The translations under genes were made by a program, and so were the position numbers. Positions 47,747 to 58,553 of a DNA stretch of 60,416 nt are shown one piece after another (the first letter of the stretch is position 1; each line of letters opens with the position of its first letter). The stretch spans positions 10,426 to 70,841 of the forward strand of contig JBJFCH010000082.1 in assembly GCA_051888835.1 (NCBI GenBank), read 5' to 3'. The stretch comes from Oliverpabstia sp. GTDB taxonomy: Bacteria > Bacillota > Clostridia > Lachnospirales > Lachnospiraceae. Below the pieces are notes generated by a model, which searched no databases, had not been told where the DNA came from, and saw only the letters and a list, made by a program, of their open reading frames with translations.

Positions 47747-48304
47747 ATGAGTAAAGTATGTGTTTTTCTGGCAGATGGTTTTGAAGAAATTGAGGGATTG
47801 ACGGTTGTGGATCTTCTTCGCCGTGCAGGGGAAGAAGTAGTGACGGTTTCTATCATGGGAAGAAAAGAGATTATGGGTTCTCACAAAATTCAAGTGATGG
47901 CCGACGAGCTATTTGAAACGATGGATTTTGCGCAGGCAAAGCTTTTGGTACTTCCCGGTGGAATGCCGGGTACAAAGTATCTGGGAGCCTATCAACCGCT
48001 TACAGATCTTTTGTGCTCCTGGAATCAGGATGGAAAATTATTGGGAGCGATCTGTGCTGCCCCCAGTGTGTTTGGAGATCTGGGATTTTTAAAAGGAAAA
48101 GAGGCAGTATGTTATCCGGGATTTGAGGAAAGACTTGTGGGGGCATCGATTGGAAAAGGTGCAGTGGCTGTATCAGGCAATATAATCACCAGCCGGGGGC
48201 TGGGAACAGCGATTGACTTTGCGGCGGCACTGATCGAACGTCTTCAAAGTACCGAAAAAGCGGAAGAAATCAAAAAATCCATCATTTATGGGCTTTTTCA
48301 ATAA
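47747..48304 (+). CDS. DJ-1/PfpI (ThiJ/YajL) family protein
   Basis: GFEEIE, LPGGMPG, AICAAP, TSRGLGT. Confidence 0.92.
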   Translation: MSKVCVFLADGFEEIEGLTVVDLLRRAGEEVVTVSIMGRKEIMGSHKIQVMADELFETMDFAQAKLLVLPGGMPGTKYLGAYQPLTDLLCSWNQDGKLLGAICAAPSVFGDLGFLKGKEAVCYPGFEERLVGASIGKGAVAVSGNIITSRGLGTAIDFAAALIERLQSTEKAEEIKKSIIYGLFQ

Positions 48305-48444
48305 AAAATGCTGGTGTTTTTCCAGGGCTTGTGTTATACTACAAAAATGTATGAGTATGGAAGAGTATATCAGATTGGCGTAATCTTGCCGAATACTGTA
48401 TTTGAAGAATAATTTCCATAAAAGATAAAGGAGGAGCTACAGTA

Positions 48445-49746
48445 ATGAGCGTAACAGTAGAAAAACTGGAGAAGAACATGGCGAAACTTACAATTGAAGT
48501 TTCTGCAGAAGATCTTGAGAAGGCACTTCAGGGTGCATACCTGAAACAGAAAAACAGAATCAACATTCCGGGCTTCCGTAAAGGAAAAGCTCCTAGAGCT
48601 ATGATTGAAAAAATGTATGGTGCAGGTATCTTCTATGAAGATGCAGCAAATGCACTGATTCCGGAAGCATATTCCAAAGCACTGGATGAATGTGGTGAAA
48701 CAATCGTTTCTCAGCCTTCGATTGATGTAGTTCAGCTTGAAAAAGGTAAACCATTCATTTTCACAGCAGAAGTTGCTCTGAAGCCGGAAGTAACTCTGGG
48801 TGAGTACAAAGGACTGGAAGTTCCGAAGGGTGAACTGGAAGTAACAGACGAAGAAATCGCAGGTGAACTGAAGAGAGAACAGGAAAATAACTCCAGAACC
48901 ATCGATGTAGATGCCAGAGCAGTTGCTGACGGTGATAAAGTAACTCTTGATTTTGAAGGATTTGTTGACGGAGAAGCTTTTGAAGGCGGAAAAGGAACAG
49001 ATTATCCTCTGACCATCGGTTCCGGTGCATTTATCCCGGGATTTGAAGAACAGCTGGTAGGCGCTGAGATTGGAAAAGAGATGGAAGTAAACGTTACTTT
49101 CCCGGAAGATTATCAGGCTAAAGATCTGGCTGGCAAACCAGCAGTATTCAAATGCACAGTTAAGAAAATTGAAGTAAAAGAACTGCCTGAACTGGATGAC
49201 GAATTCGCAAAAGATGTTTCCGAATTCGACACTCTGGATGAGTACAAAGCAGATATTAAGAAGAATCTGGAAGAGAAAAAAGCAGATGCTGCAAAACAGG
49301 CAAAAGAAGATGCAGCTGTTGAAGCCGCAATCGCAAATGCTACTATGGAGATTCCGGATGCTATGATCGACAGCCAGGTAAACCAGATGATTGATGATTT
49401 CGCAAGAAGAATTCAGTCTCAGGGACTTACTATGGAGCAGTATATGCAGTTTACAGGAACCACACCGGCTACTCTGCATGAGCAGATGAAACCGCAGGCT
49501 CTGAAGAGAATCCAGAGCAGACTGGTTCTGGAAAAGATTGCAGAAGCAGAAGATATTCAGATTTCGGATGAAAAACTGGATGAAGAGATCAGCAAGATGG
49601 CTGAAATGTACAAGATGGAAGTTGAAAAACTGAAAGAAGTACTGGGCGATGCAGAGAAAGAACAGATGAAGAAAGATATGGCTGTTCAGGAAGCAGTAAC
49701 TCTGATCACAGAAGCAGCAGTTGAAGTTGAAAAAACAGAAGAGTAA
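48445..49746 (+). CDS. tig: Trigger factor
   Basis: GFRKGKAP ribosome-binding motif, FKBP domain FIPGFEEQL. Confidence 0.97.
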   Translation: MSVTVEKLEKNMAKLTIEVSAEDLEKALQGAYLKQKNRINIPGFRKGKAPRAMIEKMYGAGIFYEDAANALIPEAYSKALDECGETIVSQPSIDVVQLEKGKPFIFTAEVALKPEVTLGEYKGLEVPKGELEVTDEEIAGELKREQENNSRTIDVDARAVADGDKVTLDFEGFVDGEAFEGGKGTDYPLTIGSGAFIPGFEEQLVGAEIGKEMEVNVTFPEDYQAKDLAGKPAVFKCTVKKIEVKELPELDDEFAKDVSEFDTLDEYKADIKKNLEEKKADAAKQAKEDAAVEAAIANATMEIPDAMIDSQVNQMIDDFARRIQSQGLTMEQYMQFTGTTPATLHEQMKPQALKRIQSRLVLEKIAEAEDIQISDEKLDEEISKMAEMYKMEVEKLKEVLGDAEKEQMKKDMAVQEAVTLITEAAVEVEKTEE

Positions 49747-49802
49747 TTTTAAGTATTGATACAGGATTACCGGTAGTAAGAAGATAGAAGGAAGGCTTGC
49801 AT

Positions 49803-50384
49803 ATGAGTTTAGTACCTTACGTCATTGAACAGACAAGCAGAGGCGAGAGAAATTATGATATTTACTCCCGTCTTCTGAAGGATCGTATCATTTTTCTCGG
49901 GGAAGAAGTAACTGATGTCAGTGCCAATCTGGTGACGGCACAGCTTCTGTTCCTGGAATCGGAAGATCCGGGAAAAGATATTCAGTTGTATATCAACAGC
50001 CCGGGAGGTTCTGTGTCAGCCGGCATGATGATTTATGACACAATGCAGTATATTAAGTGTGATGTGTCAACCATCTGTATGGGACTGGCTGCCAGTATGG
50101 GCGCTTTCCTGCTGGCGGGAGGAACCAAAGGCAAACGCTTTGCCCTTCCAAATGCAGAGATTATGATACATCAGCCATCCGGTGGTGCAAAAGGACAGGC
50201 TACAGAGATTCAGATCGTGGCGGAGCAGATTCTGAAAACCAAACACAGACTGAATTCTATTCTGGCAGCCAATACAGGACAGCCGCTGGAAAAGATCGCC
50301 CAGGATACCGAGCGCGATAACTATATGACAGCTGAAGAAGCGATGGCATATGGACTGATTGACAGGGTGATTACCAACAGATAA
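49803..50384 (+). CDS. clpP: ATP-dependent Clp protease proteolytic subunit
   Basis: [31 protein letters not shown]. Confidence 0.97.
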   Translation: MSLVPYVIEQTSRGERNYDIYSRLLKDRIIFLGEEVTDVSANLVTAQLLFLESEDPGKDIQLYINSPGGSVSAGMMIYDTMQYIKCDVSTICMGLAASMGAFLLAGGTKGKRFALPNAEIMIHQPSGGAKGQATEIQIVAEQILKTKHRLNSILAANTGQPLEKIAQDTERDNYMTAEEAMAYGLIDRVITNR

Positions 50385-50393
50385 AGTAAGTAG

Positions 50394-50430
50394 AACAGGA
50401 GGGGGTTGCCGGTGGCAGCGCCCTCCTGTT
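50394..50430 (+). terminator. Hairpin between clpP and clpX
   Basis: ACAGGAGGG...CCCTCCTGT stem. Confidence 0.6.
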
Positions 50431-50495
50431 ATGACGTATAAAAATGTTCAACAGAGCATTTTGCAGGATAGTATCTAGAAAGGAATTGTATAATT

Positions 50496-51785
50496 ATGGC
50501 ATTGAAAAACGGGGAACCCAGGATTCGCTGCTCTTTCTGCGGAAAGACAGAAGGACAGGTACGCAAATTGATTGCGGGACCGGACGGAGCCTTTATTTGT
50601 GATGAATGTGTAGGAATCTGTTCAGAGATTATCGATGAAGAGTTTGCCGATGATTACAGAATGGATGAAGACATTAATCTGATGACACCGAAAGAAATGA
50701 AAGAATTTCTGGATGATTATGTAATTGGGCAGGATGAGGCAAAAAAGGTTCTTTCTGTGGCTGTATATAACCATTACAAAAGAATTCTGTCTGCACAGAA
50801 GAATGATGTGGAATTACAGAAGAGTAATATACTGATGCTTGGACCAACAGGTTCGGGGAAAACTTATCTGGCACAGAATCTTGCAAGAATGCTGAATGTG
50901 CCATTTGCAATTGCAGATGCCACCACATTGACGGAAGCGGGCTATGTGGGGGAAGATGTGGAAAATATCCTTCTGAAGCTGATTCAGGCTTCCGATTATG
51001 ATATTGATCGGGCACAGCATGGAATTATCTATATTGATGAGATTGATAAAATTACAAGAAAATCTGAGAATGCATCTATTACGCGTGATGTATCCGGAGA
51101 GGGTGTACAGCAGGCGCTTTTAAAGATTATTGAGGGGACAGTTGCATCTGTTCCTCCTCATGGAGGAAGAAAGCATCCGCAGCAGGAATTTATCCAGATC
51201 GATACATCGGATATTCTGTTTATCTGCGGAGGGGCTTTTGAAGGTCTGGAAAAAATCATAGAAACTCGTATGGATACGAAAACAATAGGGTTTAATGGGT
51301 CCCTTGGTCTGAAACATGAGAAAAATGTGGGAGAGATTCTGAAGGAAGTAATGCCTCAGGACTTTATCAAATTTGGTCTGATTCCGGAGTTTATCGGGCG
51401 TGTTCCGGTGGTTGTTTCACTGGATGCATTGGATGAGGAAGCGATGGTGCGTATCCTGAAAGAGCCGAAGAATTCGCTGGTAAAACAATATCAGACGCTC
51501 ATGGAGATGGATGGGGTAGAACTGGAATTTGAAGAGGAAGCTCTGCGCGAAGTTGCCAAGATTGCTATGGAGCGTAAGACAGGAGCCAGAGGACTTCGTT
51601 CTGTGATCGAGAGAACCATGACGGATGTTATGTATGAGTCTCCGTCTGATCAGACAATCCAGAAATGTGTGATTACAAAAGATGCGGTGACAGGAAAAGA
51701 AGGTCCTGTAGTAACACATGGAGAAAGTAAAGTCTCCAGAAGAAGAAGTTCTTCGAAACGGGCAGGAAGACCGGAAACCGCCTGA
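50496..51785 (+). CDS. clpX: Clp protease ATP-binding subunit
   Basis: C4 zinc finger [27 protein letters not shown] loop, TGARGLR. Confidence 0.97.
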   Translation: MALKNGEPRIRCSFCGKTEGQVRKLIAGPDGAFICDECVGICSEIIDEEFADDYRMDEDINLMTPKEMKEFLDDYVIGQDEAKKVLSVAVYNHYKRILSAQKNDVELQKSNILMLGPTGSGKTYLAQNLARMLNVPFAIADATTLTEAGYVGEDVENILLKLIQASDYDIDRAQHGIIYIDEIDKITRKSENASITRDVSGEGVQQALLKIIEGTVASVPPHGGRKHPQQEFIQIDTSDILFICGGAFEGLEKIIETRMDTKTIGFNGSLGLKHEKNVGEILKEVMPQDFIKFGLIPEFIGRVPVVVSLDALDEEAMVRILKEPKNSLVKQYQTLMEMDGVELEFEEEALREVAKIAMERKTGARGLRSVIERTMTDVMYESPSDQTIQKCVITKDAVTGKEGPVVTHGESKVSRRRSSSKRAGRPETA

Positions 51786-51799
51786 CAGGGAGGAAATAG

Positions 51800-54115
51800 A
51801 TGAACAATACGATAAAAGTGATGCCTGCTATTGCACTTCGCGGAACAACAATTTTGCCGGACATGATCGTCCATTTTGATATCAGCAGAGAGAAATCCGT
51901 CAAAGCAGTGGAAGAGGCTATGACTCAGGATCAGAAAATCTTTTTGGTTACCCAGAAGGATCCGAAGGTGGAGGAGCCGACTATAGATGATCTGTACAAA
52001 ATCGGTACAGTTGCCATGGTAAAACAGGTTGTCAAGATGCCGAAAGGTGTTTTGAGGGTTCTGGTAGAAGGTCTGGAGCGGGCGGAGCTTGTGGAACTGG
52101 AAGAAGAGATAGCGTATCTGGAAGCAGAAGTTGCCGGATTTGAGACGGAAGAACAGGTTCTTCCGGATAATCTGAAAGAGGCGATGGTTCGCAGTATCAA
52201 AGATATTTTTCTGGTGTATTGCAAGGAAAATCAGAAGATCAGCAAAGAACTTGCCAATCAGATCCTTGATATCGAAGAGATAGGGCATCTGGTAGATCAG
52301 ATCTGTATCAATCTTCCGCTCGGTTTTGAGCAGAGACAGCAGCTTCTGGAGGCTGTTTCTCTGAATGACCGTTATGAGCTTCTGGGTGTGATCATGAGTA
52401 ATGAAATTGAAATCATGCGGCTGCGCACAGAAATTCAAAATAAAGTCAAAGAACGGATTGATAAGAATCAGCGAGAATACATTCTCAGAGAACAACTAAA
52501 GCTCATCAGGGAAGAATTGGGTGAAGATGATACGGTTTCGGAAGCAGATCATTTCCGGCAGCAGGCGGAAGAATTGAAAGCTTCCGAAGAAGTCAAGGAT
52601 AAGATTTTAAAGGAAATCAAAAGGTTCAAGAGTCTTGGATACAATAATTCTGAGAGTAGTGTGTCAAGAGGATATATTGATACTCTGCTTAAACTTCCAT
52701 GGGATAAAGCATCCCGGGATAATAATAATTTGAATAAAGCAAAAGAGATTCTGGAAGCAGATCATTACGGGCTGGAAAAGGTGAAAGAGAGAGTGCTGGA
52801 ATTTCTGGCAGTGCGGACGCTGACCAAAAAAGGAAGCAGTCCGATCCTTTGCCTGGTGGGACCGCCGGGAACCGGTAAAACTTCTATTGCTCGTTCGGTG
52901 GCCAGGGCTTTAAATAAAAGATATGTGAGAGTCTGCCTGGGAGGTGTCAGAGATGAGGCTGAGATTCGCGGACATCGTCGGACCTATGTAGGTGCTATGC
53001 CAGGACGTATCGCCGCCGGGCTGATACAGGCAGGCGTTAAAAATCCTCTGATGCTCCTGGATGAGATCGATAAGGTCAGCAGTGATTATAAAGGGGACAC
53101 TTCATCTGCTCTTCTGGAGGTGCTGGATTCGGAGCAGAATAAAAAGTTCACGGATCATTATGTGGAACTTCCTATTGATTTATCGGAAGTATTATTTATT
53201 GCTACTGCCAATGATCCTCAGAGTATTCCAAGACCATTGATGGACCGTATGGAAGTGATTGAGATTTCCAGTTACACGGAAAATGAAAAAGAACATATTG
53301 CCAGAGAGCATCTGATTTCCAAACAAATGAAAGCAAATGGGCTGAAAGAAGATCAGCTTTCGATCACTGATGAGGCGCTGCGTCTGATGATATCCGGTTA
53401 TACGCGGGAAGCAGGTGTCAGGAATCTGGAGAGAAAATTAGGAGAAATCTGCCGGAAGACTGCCCGGAGAATTCTTCAGGATAAGCAGAAACAGGTGGAA
53501 GTGACAAAAGAGAATCTGGAAGAATTTCTTGGAAAATCCAGATACAATTATCAGAAAGTAAATGAAAAAGATGAGGTAGGTATTGTCCGGGGGCTGGCAT
53601 GGACCAGTGTAGGAGGCGATACACTTCAGATTGAAGTCAATCTGATGCCGGGAAAAGGAGAATTTCTTCTGACCGGTCAGTTGGGAGATGTAATGAAAGA
53701 GTCTGCACAGGCGGGAATCAGTTATATTCGTTCTGTGGCAGATACGTATGGAATTGATGCGGAATTTTTCAAAAAGCATGATCTCCATATCCATATTCCG
53801 GAAGGTGCAGTGCCGAAAGATGGACCTTCCGCAGGAATCACTATGGCGACAGCCATGCTTTCTGCCATTACCGGGCGTGCAGTGAAAGCAAATCTGGCTA
53901 TGACAGGTGAGATTACCCTGAGAGGAAGAGTGCTGCCGATCGGAGGGCTGAAAGAAAAATTACTTGCTGCAAAAACAGCGGGTATCACAAATGTACTGGT
54001 GCCGGCTCAAAATAAACCGGATGTGGAAGAAATTGACAGCGAAATCACGGACGGGCTTCGGATCGTAGTTGTTGAGAGCATGGAAGATGTGTTAAAAGAG
54101 GCACTGGCAGACTGA
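51800..54115 (+). CDS. lon: Lon protease
   Basis: GPPGTGKT, RGHRRTYVGAMPG, PKDGPSAG, TGEITLRG. Confidence 0.97.
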   Translation: MNNTIKVMPAIALRGTTILPDMIVHFDISREKSVKAVEEAMTQDQKIFLVTQKDPKVEEPTIDDLYKIGTVAMVKQVVKMPKGVLRVLVEGLERAELVELEEEIAYLEAEVAGFETEEQVLPDNLKEAMVRSIKDIFLVYCKENQKISKELANQILDIEEIGHLVDQICINLPLGFEQRQQLLEAVSLNDRYELLGVIMSNEIEIMRLRTEIQNKVKERIDKNQREYILREQLKLIREELGEDDTVSEADHFRQQAEELKASEEVKDKILKEIKRFKSLGYNNSESSVSRGYIDTLLKLPWDKASRDNNNLNKAKEILEADHYGLEKVKERVLEFLAVRTLTKKGSSPILCLVGPPGTGKTSIARSVARALNKRYVRVCLGGVRDEAEIRGHRRTYVGAMPGRIAAGLIQAGVKNPLMLLDEIDKVSSDYKGDTSSALLEVLDSEQNKKFTDHYVELPIDLSEVLFIATANDPQSIPRPLMDRMEVIEISSYTENEKEHIAREHLISKQMKANGLKEDQLSITDEALRLMISGYTREAGVRNLERKLGEICRKTARRILQDKQKQVEVTKENLEEFLGKSRYNYQKVNEKDEVGIVRGLAWTSVGGDTLQIEVNLMPGKGEFLLTGQLGDVMKESAQAGISYIRSVADTYGIDAEFFKKHDLHIHIPEGAVPKDGPSAGITMATAMLSAITGRAVKANLAMTGEITLRGRVLPIGGLKEKLLAAKTAGITNVLVPAQNKPDVEEIDSEITDGLRIVVVESMEDVLKEALAD

Positions 54116-54163
54116 GTTTGTCGGTGATGATAAACGAAAACCTTAAAACAGCAGGAGGACATT

Positions 54164-54808
54164 ATGGTCATAAAAAACGTATCACTGGATATTGTCTGCG
54201 GTATCACCAGCAAGCTTCCCAAAACAGGACGGCCGGAAGTGGCATTTGCAGGGAAGTCCAATGTGGGAAAATCATCTCTGATTAACGCTTTGATGAACAG
54301 GAAGTCACTTGCCCGCACCAGTGCGGCTCCGGGAAAAACTCAGACGATTAATTTTTATAATGTGAATGAAGAGATTTATCTGGTAGATCTTCCCGGATAT
54401 GGTTATGCCAGAGCTTCAGAAGAAATTAAGGCAAAATGGGGAAAGATGATTGAAGATTATCTTCATCAGTCCAAAGAGATCCGTGCGGTTTTTTTATTGA
54501 TTGATATTCGCCATGATCCGACGGAAAATGACAAAATCATGTACCGGTGGATTCTGGATCACGGATATGAGCCGATCATCATAGCAACAAAACTGGATAA
54601 AATCAAAAGAAGCCAGGTTCAGAAACAACTAAAAGCAATACGTCAGGGGCTGCAGGTGGTTACCGGAACTATGATGATTCCGTTTTCAGCGCAGACAAAA
54701 CAGGGACGAGAAGAGATCTGGGAAATCATTGATCAGCTGACAGGATTTGCAGAAGAACCGGAACCAGACAGCACTGGAAAAAGTGAAATGGATGGAGAGA
54801 TAAAGTAA
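54164..54808 (+). CDS. engB: Ribosome biogenesis GTPase YihA/YsxC
   Basis: GKSNVGKSS, DLPGYG, TKLDK; follows lon. Confidence 0.95.
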   Translation: MVIKNVSLDIVCGITSKLPKTGRPEVAFAGKSNVGKSSLINALMNRKSLARTSAAPGKTQTINFYNVNEEIYLVDLPGYGYARASEEIKAKWGKMIEDYLHQSKEIRAVFLLIDIRHDPTENDKIMYRWILDHGYEPIIIATKLDKIKRSQVQKQLKAIRQGLQVVTGTMMIPFSAQTKQGREEIWEIIDQLTGFAEEPEPDSTGKSEMDGEIK

Positions 54809-54809
54809 A

Positions 54810-55787
54810 ATGGAAACTTCTGTGAAAAATGGGCAGTCGTCCATTCTTGCAAAAAGTATTGTGGTGTGTGGAATCGCTTTGCTCTGCACATTCTTATGGG
54901 GAAGTGCATTTCCAAGCATTAAAGTAGGATACCGATTGTTTTCTATAGCAGACAGTGATACAGCAAGTCAGATGTTGTTTGCAGGATATCGGTTTACTTT
55001 AGCCGGAATCCTGACCCTGATTATTGGATGGGTCAGTAACCGGAGCTTTCCGGTTCCAAAAAAGCAGATTCGGAAAAATATATTGATTCTGGGACTTTTA
55101 CAGACTACATTTCAGTATTTGTTTTTCTATATAGGACTTTCTCATACGGAAGGTTCCAAGGGTTCTATCATTACGGCATCAAATTACTTTTTTGCTATTG
55201 TGATGGCGCATTTCTGGTTTACGAAAAAGAGGGGATATTCCGGTGAAGACCGAATGAATCTACGGAAAACCATAGGTTGTCTTCTGGGACTTTCGGGAGT
55301 TGTACTGGTGAATTTTACGGCAACCGGTTTCGACGGAAGCTTTACTCTGACAGGGGAAGGATGCATGATTGCCAGTAGTCTGGTGGCGGCGGTTGCATCT
55401 GTATATGTAAAAACTTTTGCAGCAGAGGATAACACCTTTACCATTACAGGATGGCAGTTTTTGTTTGGAGGTTTGATTCTGGCGGCAATAGGATTTCTTT
55501 CAGGGGGAAGTGTTCATGGATTTACCTTAAAAAGCAGTGTTTTATTGCTTTATATGGCGGTTATATCCAGTGTCGCCTTCTCTTTGTGGACACTGCTTCT
55601 CACTTATAATCCTGTGGGCAAGGTTGCTATTTATGGATTTACCAACCCGATTTTCGGCGTACTTCTGTCAGGATTGATTCTTGGTGAAAATGCATTTACA
55701 CTGAAAAATCTGATTGCTTTGCTTTGTGTATGTGCGGGAATTTTGACGGTAAATCTGAGGATTAAGGCAAAAAGTGTGGAAAACTGA
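54810..55787 (+). CDS. DMT/EamA family transporter
   Basis: 10 TMs, LWGSAFP, duplicated EamA halves, PIFGVLLS..ILGE. Confidence 0.88.
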   Translation: METSVKNGQSSILAKSIVVCGIALLCTFLWGSAFPSIKVGYRLFSIADSDTASQMLFAGYRFTLAGILTLIIGWVSNRSFPVPKKQIRKNILILGLLQTTFQYLFFYIGLSHTEGSKGSIITASNYFFAIVMAHFWFTKKRGYSGEDRMNLRKTIGCLLGLSGVVLVNFTATGFDGSFTLTGEGCMIASSLVAAVASVYVKTFAAEDNTFTITGWQFLFGGLILAAIGFLSGGSVHGFTLKSSVLLLYMAVISSVAFSLWTLLLTYNPVGKVAIYGFTNPIFGVLLSGLILGENAFTLKNLIALLCVCAGILTVNLRIKAKSVEN

Positions 55788-55932
55788 GGTAATTTCCTTG
55801 TAATGTGTGGAAAAATCAGATACAATAGGGCTTGACATTTGGGATTATCCCCGATGTCAGGCTCTTTTTGACATATAGGCGTGTTGATGGCCTATATTTG
55901 ATGGTATAGATTTTGAAAGAACAGGTGAGCAG

Positions 55933-57744
55933 ATGGGAATTATTAAAGCGGCAAAGCTTGCTTACGATTATTTGAGATATGGAGAAGAGGGAGAAGAACC
56001 GGAGGTAAACCGGGCAATTGATGATGTGGATTTGGAGATTGAGGAGGGACAGTTTATTGCTATCCTGGGGCATAACGGAAGCGGGAAGTCTACACTTGCC
56101 AAACACATCAATGGTCTCTTGGTTCCTTCTGAAGGAACGTTGTGGGTAGATCATATGGATACCTCTTCTCTTGATGATATATGGAAAATCCGGCAGAAGG
56201 CAGGAATGGTATTTCAAAATCCGGACAATCAGATTATTGGTACTGTAGTGGAGGAGGATGTGGGTTTTGGACCGGAAAATCTCGGAGTGCCCACGGATGA
56301 AATCTGGCGTCGTGTAGATGAAAGTCTGGCGGCAGTAGGGATGACAGCTTACCGTCATCAATCTCCGAATAAGTTGTCCGGTGGGCAGAAGCAGAGAGTA
56401 GCAATCGCCGGAGTAATGGCCATGCGTCCAAAGTGTATTGTACTGGATGAGCCTACAGCCATGCTGGATCCGAACGGAAGAAAAGAAGTATTAAAAGCAG
56501 TTCGTGAATTGAATCAGAAAGAAAAAGTGACGGTTATTCTAATCACTCACTATATGGAAGAGGTCGTATTCGCTGACGATGTGTATGTAATGGACAGCGG
56601 TCATGTGGTGATGCACGGAATTCCGCGTGATATTTTCTCACGCGTGGATGAATTGAAAAAATATCGGTTAGATGTGCCACAGGTGACATTGCTTGCACAT
56701 GAATTGCGTAAGTGTGGACTTGCGATTCCGGAGGGGATTCTTACGATTCCGGAGCTGGTGGATGCATTGGGGCAGGAGAACCTGAGAGTTCCTGTAAATT
56801 GGGAAAAAATAGAGATTAATGATAATTCCGCAGTTGATAATATATATTGGAAAAAGACAGATGATCAGCCGAAAAGTGGTGCTCAATCCATTCGGATGGA
56901 ACATGTGTATTATACTTACAGTCCTGGGACTGCCTATGAAATGCATGCACTGAAGGATGTGAGCCTGGAAATTCCACAGGGACAGTTTGTGGGGATTATC
57001 GGACATACGGGGAGCGGAAAGTCCACACTGATTCAGCATTTTAACGGCTTAGTACGTCCTTCCCAGGGGCATATTTATTTTGAAGGTCAGGATATCTGGG
57101 CAGAACAATTTCCTCTCCGGGGGTTGAGAAGTCAGGTGGGACTGGTATTTCAGTATCCGGAGCATCAGCTGTTTGAGACTGATGTACTGACAGATGTATG
57201 TTTTGGACCTAAAAATCAGAATCTTACACAGGAAGAATGCGAAGAACGTGCAAAAGAAGCACTGAAGCATGTGGGTCTGGATGAAAGTTTTTATGCGAAA
57301 TCTCCCTTTGAATTGTCAGGAGGACAGAAAAGAAGAGTGGCGATTGCAGGTGTGCTGGCCATGAATCCGAAAGTACTCATATTGGATGAGCCTACGGCCG
57401 GACTGGATCCACAGGGTAGAGATGAGATACTGGATCAGATTGCAAGCCTGCATGAAACAAGAGGAATCACGATCATTCTGGTTTCACACAGCATGGAAGA
57501 CATTGCAAAATATGTGGATCGAATTATTGTAATGAACCATGGAGAAAAGGCATATGACGATGCTCCGAAGAAAGTGTTTTCTCATTATAAAGAACTGGAA
57601 AAAATCGGTCTGGCTGCGCCTCAGATTACTTATATTATGCATGCACTGGCGGATAAAGGTATGGAAGTGGATACCAGTGCTACTACTGTTGAAGAAGCAA
57701 GAGTGATCATCATGAGAGCGTTAGAGAAAAGAGGTGCCTTATGA
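55933..57744 (+). CDS. ecfA: ECF transporter ATPase, EcfA-EcfA' fusion
   Basis: Two complete ABC domains (GHNGSGKST..FQNPDNQ; GHTGSGKST..FQYPEHQ; LSGGQK twice) in one frame. Confidence 0.92.
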   Translation: MGIIKAAKLAYDYLRYGEEGEEPEVNRAIDDVDLEIEEGQFIAILGHNGSGKSTLAKHINGLLVPSEGTLWVDHMDTSSLDDIWKIRQKAGMVFQNPDNQIIGTVVEEDVGFGPENLGVPTDEIWRRVDESLAAVGMTAYRHQSPNKLSGGQKQRVAIAGVMAMRPKCIVLDEPTAMLDPNGRKEVLKAVRELNQKEKVTVILITHYMEEVVFADDVYVMDSGHVVMHGIPRDIFSRVDELKKYRLDVPQVTLLAHELRKCGLAIPEGILTIPELVDALGQENLRVPVNWEKIEINDNSAVDNIYWKKTDDQPKSGAQSIRMEHVYYTYSPGTAYEMHALKDVSLEIPQGQFVGIIGHTGSGKSTLIQHFNGLVRPSQGHIYFEGQDIWAEQFPLRGLRSQVGLVFQYPEHQLFETDVLTDVCFGPKNQNLTQEECEERAKEALKHVGLDESFYAKSPFELSGGQKRRVAIAGVLAMNPKVLILDEPTAGLDPQGRDEILDQIASLHETRGITIILVSHSMEDIAKYVDRIIVMNHGEKAYDDAPKKVFSHYKELEKIGLAAPQITYIMHALADKGMEVDTSATTVEEARVIIMRALEKRGAL

Positions 57745-58544
57745 TTCGAGATATTACGATAGGTCAGTATTATCCGGCGGACTCCATACTGCATCGACTG
57801 GATCCACGGGTAAAGTTTGTCGGAACTATGGTATATATAGTGTCATTGTTTGTTTTTTCCTCCTGGATTGGCTATGTGGTTGCGGCACTTTCTTTGATCG
57901 CAATGATTATTATTTCGAAAGTTCCTTTTAAGTTCATGGTAAAAGGATTGAAGCCTGTTATGATGCTGCTTTTGATTACCATGTTTTTCAATCTGATTTT
58001 TACACCGGGAGAGGTGATCTGGTCTTTCTGGATCATTAAGATTACAAAAGAAGGAATCCGTATGTCTCTGAAAATGGGAGTGCGTTTGGTATTCTTGATT
58101 ATCGGAGCCTCATTGATGACTTTGACTACAACACCGAACCAGCTGACGGACGGATTGGAACGTCTGATGCGTCCGCTGAATAAAATTCACGTACCGGTTC
58201 ATGAGATTGCTATGATGATGTCGATCGCCCTGCGTTTTATCCCGATTCTTCTGGAAGAGACGGATAAAATTATGAAAGCGCAGATGGCAAGAGGAGCGGA
58301 TTTTGAGAGTGGCGGGCTGGTACAGAAGGTGAAGAATATGGTACCCCTTCTGGTACCGCTGTTTGTTTCTGCATTTCGTCGTGCCAATGATCTTGCTATG
58401 GCGATGGAAGCAAGATGTTATCATGGCGGTGATGGAAGAACACAGATGAAACCACTGATTTATGCAAGAAGAGATTATGTGGCTTATCTGGTGATGTTTG
58501 GATATCTTGCCGTGAGTATTGTGTTTAGAATTGTGGGAATTTAG
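57741..58544 (+). CDS. ecfT: ECF transporter transmembrane component T
   Basis: LDPRVK, LRFIP, QMARG and MEARCY X-R-X motifs. Confidence 0.94.
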   Translation: MIRDITIGQYYPADSILHRLDPRVKFVGTMVYIVSLFVFSSWIGYVVAALSLIAMIIISKVPFKFMVKGLKPVMMLLLITMFFNLIFTPGEVIWSFWIIKITKEGIRMSLKMGVRLVFLIIGASLMTLTTTPNQLTDGLERLMRPLNKIHVPVHEIAMMMSIALRFIPILLEETDKIMKAQMARGADFESGGLVQKVKNMVPLLVPLFVSAFRRANDLAMAMEARCYHGGDGRTQMKPLIYARRDYVAYLVMFGYLAVSIVFRIVGI

Positions 58545-58553
58545 GAGAGCAGC

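Noticed and set aside
48370-49479. 369-aa minus-strand ORF
   Set aside because: Antisense shadow of the highly expressed tig gene
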